This document shows, piece after piece, positions 28,518 through 35,767 of a DNA stretch of 35,767 nucleotides. The position numbers and the translations under genes are program-made. Position 1 is the stretch's first letter, and the number at the start of each line of letters is the position of its first letter. Location of the stretch: positions 1 to 35,767 of the forward strand of contig DASUCS010000112.1 in NCBI GenBank assembly GCA_036275935.1, given 5' to 3'. The notes under the pieces were generated by a model, which saw only the letters and a program-made list of their open reading frames with translations, had not been told where the DNA came from and searched no databases. The stretch comes from Acidimicrobiales bacterium (GTDB lineage: Bacteria > Actinomycetota > Acidimicrobiia > Acidimicrobiales > JACDCH01).

Positions 28518-29881
28518 ATCGACGTAGGGGGACACGCGCGCTCGTGATCCTCGTGACTCTCGCGTTCATCGTTGCCGCGTGCAGCAGTGACAAGAAGAAC
28601 AACGCGACATCGAGCGGATCGGGTGGCGGTGGATCGTCGTCCAGTGTTGGCAACACGAGCGTGTACAAGGTCGACACGTCCAACTGCCCATCGGACGTCA
28701 ACGACAAGATCACCGGCACCGTGAAGATCGGCTCCACGATGCCGCTGTCGGGCGGCGCGGCGGCCGCGGCGTTCGCGCCGGTGGCCGCGGGGCTGAAGGC
28801 CTACATCGCAGAGGCCAACGACAAGAACCTCATCCCGGGGATCAAGATGGACCTCACGATCGAGGACGATCAGTTCAACCCGACGTTGACGACACCGGCG
28901 ATCGAGAAGCTGCGCGACCAGACCGGTGTGAACCTCATCACCGGAATGATCGGTACTGCGAACGGCCTTGCCGTACGTGACGAGCTCAACCGGGACTGCA
29001 TCCCGCAGATCCTCAACAACAGCGGCGATCCCCGGTGGGGCGACTCGAAGAATTTCCCGTGGTCGATCGGTGCGCTGGCTCCGTACAACACGGAGACCTC
29101 CATCTACGTGAAGGACATCGAGTCCAACTTCCCCAACGGCACGACTGCGGCGGTGTTCAACGTGAACAGCGACTTCGGTCAGGACTACAAGGACCAGTTC
29201 GAGAAGCTCGCCAAGGATGCAAAGATCGACATCGTCGACACCCAGACGATCGAGGGTGAGGACTCCAACCCGCCGACGTCGCAGATCACGAGCATCGCGG
29301 CGAAGAAGCCGGCCGTGATCCTGGCCGTGCCGTTGGGTGCGCAGTGCATCTCGTTCCTGAAGGAGGTCGCCAACGCCAAGGCGACGACACCCGGTTGGAA
29401 CCCGCGCATCTACATCACCGCGACGTGCGCCAGCACCCTGTTGCTCGGGCTCGCCGGTGACGCGGCGGACGGGATCATCACCGTCACGAATGGCATCGAC
29501 GTGGCCGACCCGAAGAACGCCACGGATCCGAACGTCGTCGCCTACAAGGCGGCGATGCTGAAGCAGGGCTTCCCCGCGGACGGCGACATCGCGACAGCGT
29601 CGGCCGGTTGGGCCGTTGGTGAGCTGACCGTCGAGATCCTGAAAGAGGCGGCGGCGTCCCAGGACGGGCTCACGCGAGCGTCGATCATCAACGCGGTTCG
29701 GAACTTCGCCTACCACCCGACCCTGGCACGACAGGGTGTGGTGTTGAAGAGCTCTGGCGACTCCGATCCCTACCTGAACGAGATCGAGCAGGTCGTGCAG
29801 TACAGCGCCAAGACGAAGACGTACACGGACATCGGTCCCCTCGTGACCGAGTTCGAGGGCAAGACGGAGAAGCCCAGCTGA
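28514..29881 (+). CDS. ABC transporter substrate-binding lipoprotein (LivJ/K-like, type I periplasmic binding fold)
   Basis: Lipoprotein signal with lipobox (LAFIVAAC-SSD) and a Gly/Ser linker. It is in an operon with livGFHM (ATGA overlap; SD AAGGGGGAAG). Confidence 0.85.
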   Translation: MNRRRGTRALVILVTLAFIVAACSSDKKNNATSSGSGGGGSSSSVGNTSVYKVDTSNCPSDVNDKITGTVKIGSTMPLSGGAAAAAFAPVAAGLKAYIAEANDKNLIPGIKMDLTIEDDQFNPTLTTPAIEKLRDQTGVNLITGMIGTANGLAVRDELNRDCIPQILNNSGDPRWGDSKNFPWSIGALAPYNTETSIYVKDIESNFPNGTTAAVFNVNSDFGQDYKDQFEKLAKDAKIDIVDTQTIEGEDSNPPTSQITSIAAKKPAVILAVPLGAQCISFLKEVANAKATTPGWNPRIYITATCASTLLLGLAGDAADGIITVTNGIDVADPKNATDPNVVAYKAAMLKQGFPADGDIATASAGWAVGELTVEILKEAAASQDGLTRASIINAVRNFAYHPTLARQGVVLKSSGDSDPYLNEIEQVVQYSAKTKTYTDIGPLVTEFEGKTEKPS

Positions 29882-29894
29882 TCTCTTGGTGACA

Positions 29895-29940
29895 TTGCCC
29901 GGGCAGCCAGTCGCGACAACGCGTTCGGTTGCCCGGGCAA
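29895..29940. terminator. Pair of palindromic GC-rich boxes able to form an 11-bp stem between convergent genes
   Basis: TTGCCCGGGCA (29895-29905) and TTGCCCGGGCAA (29929-29940) are separated by 23 nt. They lie between the binding-protein stop (29881) and the YbaK stop (29948). Confidence 0.5.
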
Positions 29941-29947
29941 TCGACTC

Positions 29948-30412
29948 TCAGGCGCGGATGTGGACGACCTTCGCGTCGGCGGCCGCGACCAACGCGTGAG
30001 GCTCGCTGGCGAACACATGTGTCGGGGTGCCGGCTGCGGCCCACACGACGTCGTGCGCGAGCAGCGCCTCGTCGACGAAGCACTGCAGCGATGTCGCGTG
30101 ACCGAACGGCGGCACCCCGCCAACGGCGTAGCCCGTCGCGGCCCGGACCTCGTCCGCGTTCGCTCGGCGCGCAGCGGTCCCGCCGGCGGCGGTGGCCAGC
30201 TTCCGCTCGTCGAGACGGTCCGCCCCGCCGACCAGTGCGATCACGGGCTGGTCGTCGACGACGAACACCAACGACTTCACGATCTGAGCGACGTTGCAGC
30301 CAACCGCGGCGGCCGCGTCCTCGGCTGTTCGCGTTCCCTGAGGGAATGTCCGCACATCGATGTCGAGCCCGAGAGCGCGCGCGGCGTCGGCTACCTGTTC
30401 CTCACGTCCCAC
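29948..30412 (-). CDS. YbaK/EbsC-family aminoacyl-tRNA deacylase domain protein
   Basis: 154 aa with the YbaK pattern AQIVKSLVFVVDDQPVIALVGGADRLDERKL and GYAVGGVPPFGH. GTG start 13 nt after the upstream lipoprotein stop. Confidence 0.82.
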   Translation of the reverse strand: MGREEQVADAARALGLDIDVRTFPQGTRTAEDAAAAVGCNVAQIVKSLVFVVDDQPVIALVGGADRLDERKLATAAGGTAARRANADEVRAATGYAVGGVPPFGHATSLQCFVDEALLAHDVVWAAAGTPTHVFASEPHALVAAADAKVVHIRA

Positions 30413-30425
30413 ACTCGCATGCGTA

Positions 30426-31613
30426 TCAGTTGGCGGCCGCCGTCGTGGAGGTGGTTGATGCGGAGGTGGTCGTCGATGCGGTCGTGGACGTCGTTGATGC
30501 TGCGCTCGACGAGCTCGACGACGTCGTCGTGGAGGCCGCCGCCTGCGTCTTCTGTTGCACGGCGGCGAGCGTCGCGATGTCGAGGACTCCGCTCGGCGGC
30601 ACGCCGATGCTCGTCTGGAACGCCATCAGCGCCGTCGTGAGCTCGTCGGTCCACTTGCCGTCGATCGCTCCCGGCCAGAAGCCGGCCAGTTTGAGGGTCG
30701 TCTGGACCGCGGCAGTCGCGCTCACCGACTGGACCGCGATCGCTCCGCCCTTCTGTGTCACCGCGGCGTCGAGCGCGGCCATCGTCGCCTTGTCGACGAG
30801 ACCGGTCACAGGGAGCCCGGCCGCGGTCTGCAGCGCCTTCACGGCGTCGACTGTGGAGGGTCCGTACACGCCATCGACCTCGCCCTGGTAATAGCTGGCG
30901 GCGGTGAGCGCAGCCTGCAGGTTCGTCGTGTACTGCAACAGTGCCGCCGTCGCGTTTGCCTGTTGCTGGTCCGTGAAGCAGTTGGCGTTGTTGAACAGGC
31001 TGAGCCATGCAACCTCGAGGGCGAAGGCGGCCGAGGTGTACTGGATCTGCGCCTGAACCAACGGTGTCGCGTCGGTGATGCCCTGCGAGGCCGCTTCGAG
31101 ATCCGTCTCGGCCTTCTTCACGCGATCGACGGACGCGGTCGGCAACGACGGAGGTGTGCTCGTCGGAGTGGGAGCCGTGGTCGAGGGCGGAGGGCTCGAC
31201 GCCGATCCCACCGCGGCCGCGTACGCCGCCTGCGCGTCGACGAGCTCCTTGTTGGCCGAGTTCAGTGAATCGTGCGAAGTCTTCAGCGCTTGCGCGGCCG
31301 ACTCGGCGGACGCACTCGGCTTGGCCAGATCGGCGCCCTGCGTCTTGACGTCGCCAACGGTCGCCCCGGACTGATCGAACAACTTCCCGTAGCGGTCGAT
31401 CGCGGCGATGTAGTCCTTGGCTTCGGTGCAGAACTTCTGCCCCGCGCCGGCGTACGCGGCCTGCGCCTCCTGCACGTCCTTCTCCGCCGCGGTGACCCGG
31501 GCTTGCGCCGCGGACACCCCGTTCTTCTTGGTGTCGCTCGAACAGGCGGCGAGGACGAGGCCCACGGCCGCAACCAGGGCAACGATCCGTCGGCAGGGAG
31601 TCGATCCGTTCAT
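30426..31613 (-). CDS. Lipoprotein with helical N-terminal region, Pro/Ser/Thr linker, two peptidoglycan-binding (PG_binding_1-like) repeats and a Ser/Thr-rich tail
   Basis: The ATG at 31613 gives MNGSTPCRRIVALVAAVGLVLAAC-SSD (lipobox). The two PG-binding repeats are YYQGEVDGVYGPSTVDAVKALQTAAGLPVTGLVD and GFWPGAIDGKWTDELTTALMAFQTSIGVPPSGVLD. The C-terminus is ASTTTSSSSSSAASTTSTTASTTTSASTTSTTAAAN. Confidence 0.8.
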   Translation of the reverse strand: MNGSTPCRRIVALVAAVGLVLAACSSDTKKNGVSAAQARVTAAEKDVQEAQAAYAGAGQKFCTEAKDYIAAIDRYGKLFDQSGATVGDVKTQGADLAKPSASAESAAQALKTSHDSLNSANKELVDAQAAYAAAVGSASSPPPSTTAPTPTSTPPSLPTASVDRVKKAETDLEAASQGITDATPLVQAQIQYTSAAFALEVAWLSLFNNANCFTDQQQANATAALLQYTTNLQAALTAASYYQGEVDGVYGPSTVDAVKALQTAAGLPVTGLVDKATMAALDAAVTQKGGAIAVQSVSATAAVQTTLKLAGFWPGAIDGKWTDELTTALMAFQTSIGVPPSGVLDIATLAAVQQKTQAAASTTTSSSSSSAASTTSTTASTTTSASTTSTTAAAN

Positions 31614-31943
31614 GTCGCCATCGAGCGGCAATTCGGTCCGTTCGACATCACCCGACTTGGGTGACCACATTCAGGACGAGTTGCGGCACGATCGGGGGAC
31701 ATGAACGGCGAACTCGCGCAGGCGATCGCCCTCGCCGCTCACGGGAGCGCATGGTTGCGCGCCCCTGGTTCAGCGCCACCGGATCTCTCCACGAGCTCCA
31801 CGTTCGGCTACGTGCATGAGTTCATGCAACGACGTCGCATCCTCGGATGAAGCCTTGAACCGCCAGCACCCCGACTTGTCTCGACGGCTGTGGCAGGCGG
31901 TCACCTCCGCGGTCGTCGCCGCAGTGAACGTCGATCTCGAAGG

Positions 31944-32609
31944 TCAGCCGCCAGGCGTGACGACGCCCGCTTCATACGCCAGCATCACGAGCTGCGCTCG
32001 GTCGCGCGCATTCAACTTCGTCAGGAGTCGGCTCACGTGCGTCTTGGCGGTCGCGTGTGACATGAACAGCTCCTCGGCGATCTCTGCGTTCGACAGTCCT
32101 CGGGCGACGGACGCGAGCACCTCGCGTTCTCGCTCTGTGAGTGCATCGAGTCCGGGTGGTGGGGTAGCCGCCGCGGTCGTGGGTTGCTGCACGAACTGCT
32201 CGATGAGGCGTCGGGTCACCTTCGGTGCGAGCAATGCTTCGCCCTCCGCGACCACACGCACGGCGGCCAGAAGGTCGTCGGGCAGCGTGTCCTTCAGGAG
32301 GAATCCGCTCGCGCCGGAACGCAGGGCCTCGAACACGTACTCGTCGAGGTCGAAGGTCGTGAGGATCAGCACCTTGGTCGACGCGACTCGTCCGTCGGTC
32401 GTGATGCGACGTGTGGCTTCGAGCCCATCCATCTCGGGCATGCGGATGTCCATCAGGATCACGTCCGGTCGGGCGCGATCTGCGAGTTCGACCGCCTCGC
32501 GTCCGTTGGCCGCCTCACCGACCACGTCGATGCCGTCTGCGGAGCGCAGCAGCACGACGAACCCGCTCCGGACGAGCGCCTGGTCGTCGGCGACCGCGAC
32601 GCGGATCAT
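31944..32609 (-). CDS. NarL/FixJ (LuxR-type HTH) response regulator
   Basis: Receiver domain (MIRVAVADDQALVR ... DVILMDIRMPEMDG) plus a LuxR HTH (LTEREREVLASVARGLSNAEIAEELFMSHATAKTHVSRLLTKL). ATGA overlap with the kinase gene. Confidence 0.93.
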   Translation of the reverse strand: MIRVAVADDQALVRSGFVVLLRSADGIDVVGEAANGREAVELADRARPDVILMDIRMPEMDGLEATRRITTDGRVASTKVLILTTFDLDEYVFEALRSGASGFLLKDTLPDDLLAAVRVVAEGEALLAPKVTRRLIEQFVQQPTTAAATPPPGLDALTEREREVLASVARGLSNAEIAEELFMSHATAKTHVSRLLTKLNARDRAQLVMLAYEAGVVTPGG

Positions 32610-33802
32610 CGCGGTTGCTCGTAGGGCAGGTGGACGGACACGCCGAAGCCGCCGCCGGTGCGGGGCCCCGCCGCGAACGACCCGCCGTACACCGCGACAC
32701 GCTCGCGCATGCCGACGAGGCCGTGGCCGCCCGGCACCGTGCGGCCGTTGACGCCGCGCCCGTCGTCGACGACGTCGAGGCTCACTGCGCCTGGTTCGTA
32801 CGCGATCGTCACCGTCGCTCGCGCGGGACCGGCGTGCTTCAACACATTCGTCAACGCCTCCTGCACGATGCGGTACGCGGTGAAATCGACGCCGGGCGGG
32901 AGTTCCGTCTGCGCGCCTTCGCGCTTCACCTCGACCTCGACTCCCGCGTTTTCCACGTCGCGCACGAGACGGTCGAGATCGGCGAGCCCCGGCGCAGGCG
33001 TGTAGGACGCTCCGTCGTCGTCGCGGAGCACGCCGAGCAGGCGACGAATCTCGGTGAGCGTCGTGCGGCTCGTCTGTGAGATCGCCTCCAACGACTTCTT
33101 CGCCTCGGCGGGGTCGGTGTCGATCACGTGCGCGCCGACGCCAGCCTGCACCGCGATCACCCCCATCGAGTGCGCAACGACGTCGTGCAGCTCTTGTGCG
33201 ATGTGCAGCCGCTCTTCAGCGACGGCCCGACGTGCCTCCTCATCACGGTCCTTCTCGAGCTGCGCAGCGCGTTGCTCGAGCTGTTCCCCGTACAAGCGGC
33301 GGTTCCGCATCGTCGAGCCGAACAGATACGCAGCGGTGAAGATCGCGAAGTTGAACGCGGCATCGACGTTGCTGCTTCCCGGAATGCCGACGACGGCGAC
33401 GATGATCAAGCCCGTTGCGAGCGCGGCTGCGCCGATGAGGCGATCGCGTCTCGGTGCCCAGGCGGCGACGGTGTACGTGCCGACCAGCAGGATCGAGGGG
33501 GCCGCGGCGGTTTGGTACTCCCAGACGGTGAGGAGCACCACGCCGATCTCGCTCACCAGCATCACCGCAAGTGGTGCATGTCGGCGGAAGTAGTACGGAA
33601 CGGCCACAACGAGCGTGAGGAGCACGGACAACGCGCTCGTGTCGTGGTACACGACGCCGGAGTTCCCCGTGGCCGACACATGGCCGACGATCGCCAGCAC
33701 CACGAAGATCGTCGCCAGCAGAGCGTCGACGGCCCACAGGTTCAAGTTGCGCAGCCGAGCACCGGCTTGCGAGACCCGAACCGACAGCGGCGGACGTTCC
33801 AC
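32606..33802 (-). CDS. Sensor histidine kinase, HisKA_3/DesK-LiaS type with a polytopic membrane sensor
   Basis: About 5 TM helices, an H-box (EERLHIAQELHDVVAHSM) and HATPase_c motifs (ALTNVLKHAG, DDGRG, GGHGLVGMRER). Confidence 0.92.
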   Translation of the reverse strand: MERPPLSVRVSQAGARLRNLNLWAVDALLATIFVVLAIVGHVSATGNSGVVYHDTSALSVLLTLVVAVPYYFRRHAPLAVMLVSEIGVVLLTVWEYQTAAAPSILLVGTYTVAAWAPRRDRLIGAAALATGLIIVAVVGIPGSSNVDAAFNFAIFTAAYLFGSTMRNRRLYGEQLEQRAAQLEKDRDEEARRAVAEERLHIAQELHDVVAHSMGVIAVQAGVGAHVIDTDPAEAKKSLEAISQTSRTTLTEIRRLLGVLRDDDGASYTPAPGLADLDRLVRDVENAGVEVEVKREGAQTELPPGVDFTAYRIVQEALTNVLKHAGPARATVTIAYEPGAVSLDVVDDGRGVNGRTVPGGHGLVGMRERVAVYGGSFAAGPRTGGGFGVSVHLPYEQPR

Positions 33803-33845
33803 GGACTCAACGTACCGATGACCGCGATCCGCAGCATCGTCTCAG

Positions 33846-33879
33846 GGATGACATCCGCGTACATCTCGAGATGTACGCG
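33846..33879. promoter_or_regulatory. Adjacent palindromes (11 bp plus a 24-bp perfect one) in the divergent region between the two-component system and the ABC genes; candidate response-regulator operator
   Basis: GGATGaCATCC (33846-33856) is followed by CGCGTACATCTC|GAGATGTACGCG (33856-33879, perfect). ACATC occurs at 33851 and 33861, 10 bp apart, and GATGT at 33870. Confidence 0.5.
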
Positions 33880-33975
33880 CGTGTCGGCCGTCACCGTCTG
33901 CGATCACCTCTGGGCCGATTGCAGTACCGCCGCGAGGCCGACGCCGCGAAGGCGTCGAGCCTTCATGGTGAGCGC

Positions 33976-34761
33976 ATGACCTTCACACTCACTCACACCA
34001 CACAGGACACAACTCATGACACGACCGTCCCCGTTCTCGTGCCCGCCGCTCGCGCCGTCGCCGCCACGAAGGTGTACGGCAAGGGCGAGGCCGAAGTACG
34101 TGCGCTCGATGGAGTCGATGTCGAGTTCGACACGTCGCGGTTCACCGCGATCATGGGTCCATCCGGGTCGGGCAAGTCCACGCTCATGCACGCCATGGCC
34201 GGCCTCGACACGCTCACGAGCGGTTCGGTCTGGATCGGCGACATCGACCTCGGCACGCTGAAGGAGAAGAAGCTCACGAAGCTGCGGCGCGACCGCATCG
34301 GCTTCATCTTCCAGGCCTTCAACCTCGTCCCGACGCTCACGGCGGCCGAGAACATCGCGCTGCCGATGCGCCTCGCGGGACGCAAGCCCGACCAGGCGTG
34401 GTTCGACCACGTCGTCGAGACCGTCGGGCTGCAGCACCGGCTGACGCACCGACCGTCCGAACTGTCCGGGGGACAGCAGCAGCGCGTCGCGGTGGCCCGG
34501 GCGCTGGCGTCGCAGCCACACATCATCTTCGCCGACGAGCCAACGGGAAACCTCGACTCTCGTACCGGTGCAGAGATCCTCGCCTTCATGCGTCAGGCCG
34601 TGCGCGAGCTCGGCCAGACGATCGTGATGGTCACGCACGATCCGGTAGCCGCGTCGTATGCCGACCGCGCCGTGTTCCTGGCTGACGGTCGCATCGTCGA
34701 TGACGTCGAGGGTCCGACCGCCGATTCCGTCTTCGACCGCATGCGCACCTTGGGGGCCTGA
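33976..34761 (+). CDS. ABC transporter ATP-binding protein (MacB/LolD-like)
   Basis: Walker [28 protein letters not shown], signature [15 protein letters not shown], Walker [13 protein letters not shown] chose the ATG at 33976; the listed ORF begins at 33871. Confidence 0.9.
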   Translation: MTFTLTHTTQDTTHDTTVPVLVPAARAVAATKVYGKGEAEVRALDGVDVEFDTSRFTAIMGPSGSGKSTLMHAMAGLDTLTSGSVWIGDIDLGTLKEKKLTKLRRDRIGFIFQAFNLVPTLTAAENIALPMRLAGRKPDQAWFDHVVETVGLQHRLTHRPSELSGGQQQRVAVARALASQPHIIFADEPTGNLDSRTGAEILAFMRQAVRELGQTIVMVTHDPVAASYADRAVFLADGRIVDDVEGPTADSVFDRMRTLGA

Positions 34762-34766
34762 AACCG

Positions 34767-35767
34767 ATGTTGTCACTCACCATCAAGTCCATCCGTGCCA
34801 ACAAGGCGCGCTTCTTCCTCACCGGCGTCGCCGTGCTGCTCGGCGTCGCCTTCATGGCCGGCACCTTCGTGCTGACCGACACGATCAAGAAGTCCTACGA
34901 CGAGATCTCCGCCAACGTGTACCGCTCCACGGATGCAGTGGTGCGCTCGGCGAACGAGACCGAGAGCAGCAACCAGGGGGGAGCGACGACTCGCGGCACG
35001 ATCGCGGCGTCGAATCTCGTCACCGTCCGTTCCGTCCCCGGCGTACAAGCCGCGGAAGCTCAGCAGCTGGGCATCGCCGTGGCCGTCGCGCACGACGGGT
35101 CGCTGTTGGACGCTCGCGCCGACCGTGCGGTGCCGGTGGCGCTCGCGTGGCAGGACACGCCACAGCTCAACCCGCTCGCGCTCGTCTCGGGTCACGCCCC
35201 GCGTGCGCCTGACGAGATCGTCATCGACAAGACGTCGGCCGAGAAGGGCCGGTTCGAACTGGGGGAGCACATCCGGGTCGTGGGCCCTACAGGCTCGAAC
35301 GAGTACCGCCTCGCTGGTGTCGCCACTTACGGCGGCGCGGCAGATGCGGCTGGGGCGCAGGTCGTGGCCTTCACGCCCGACACCGCGTCGATGGTGCTCG
35401 GGACGCCTGGGCGTTACTCGGCCATCCAGGTGGTCGGAGCCCCCGGCGTGTCGCAGTCACAGCTCGTCTCGAACCTGCGCAGCGCCCTACACGATTCGTC
35501 GTTGGAAGTGATCACCGGAGCGAAAGCCGCTGACGAAGCCAAGGAAGCGACGACGACTGCGCTGAGTTTCGTGAACATCGCGTTGATGACGTTCGCCATC
35601 GTGGCGCTCGTCGTCGGATCGTTCGTGATCTACAACACGTTCTCGATCACCGTTGCGCAGCGCACGAAGGAAACCGCGATGTTGCGGGCGATCGGCGCCA
35701 AGAGGCGTCAGGTGATGCGGTCGATCCGGTTCGAGGCCTTGATCACCGGACTGTTCGCATCCACTGC
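34767..35767 (+). CDS. FtsX/MacB-type ABC transporter permease, 3'-truncated by the window edge
   Basis: It is not in the ORF track because no stop lies within the window. The ATG at 34767, 6 nt after the ATPase stop, gives MLSLTIKSIRANKARFFLTGVAVLLGVAFMAGTFVLTDTIKKS. This is followed by an extracytoplasmic domain and FVNIALMTFAIVALVVGSFVIYNTFSITVAQRTKETAMLRAIGA (FtsX-domain motif). Confidence 0.88.
   Translation, partial: MLSLTIKSIRANKARFFLTGVAVLLGVAFMAGTFVLTDTIKKSYDEISANVYRSTDAVVRSANETESSNQGGATTRGTIAASNLVTVRSVPGVQAAEAQQLGIAVAVAHDGSLLDARADRAVPVALAWQDTPQLNPLALVSGHAPRAPDEIVIDKTSAEKGRFELGEHIRVVGPTGSNEYRLAGVATYGGAADAAGAQVVAFTPDTASMVLGTPGRYSAIQVVGAPGVSQSQLVSNLRSALHDSSLEVITGAKAADEAKEATTTALSFVNIALMTFAIVALVVGSFVIYNTFSITVAQRTKETAMLRAIGAKRRQVMRSIRFEALITGLFAST

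Overview
High-GC chromosomal segment (GC not computed; by eye about two-thirds). Gene order and GTG/TTG start usage fit Actinomycetota. It is densely packed with about 35 protein genes, mostly core or housekeeping. In order: secA (5'-truncated)-prfB; ftsE-ftsX; a crotonase; an HSL-type esterase; a bacterial RIO kinase; a conserved unknown; an EamA transporter; a membrane PAS-PAS-GGDEF-EAL protein; a PhyH dioxygenase; a small GGDEF protein; a beta-lactamase-like hydrolase; a CE4 deacetylase; a limonene-epoxide-hydrolase-like gene coupled to a heterodimeric ABC exporter; a Pro/Thr-rich secreted TIM-barrel-like protein; acyl-CoA dehydrogenase, thioesterase-like and SRPBCC genes; a livGFHM plus binding-protein importer; a YbaK deacylase; a peptidoglycan-binding lipoprotein; and a LuxR/HisKA_3 two-component system divergent from a MacB/FtsX-type ABC transporter (3'-truncated). 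I recognised no rRNA, tRNA, tmRNA, CRISPR array, transposase or integrase. The best candidate for something undescribed is at 14.3-15.0 kb. A sensor-less GGDEF domain is fused to a C-terminal ribbon-helix-helix-like DNA-binding tail. It sits just downstream of the only strongly AT-rich patch I noticed, which holds a sigma70-like promoter overlapped by two 9-bp direct repeats. It appears to head an operon with two hydrolases and lies next to a large GGDEF-EAL gene. Other points worth a second look: a 24-bp perfect palindrome between the two-component system and the ABC transporter; a 580-bp gap between prfB and ftsE with frame-switching coding-like signal; a large hairpin between ftsX and the crotonase, with smpB/ssrA absent; an asymmetric ABC exporter coupled to an epoxide-hydrolase-like gene; and several unexplained long intergenic regions. 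All calls come from reading the translations and sequence by eye; no database searches were run.
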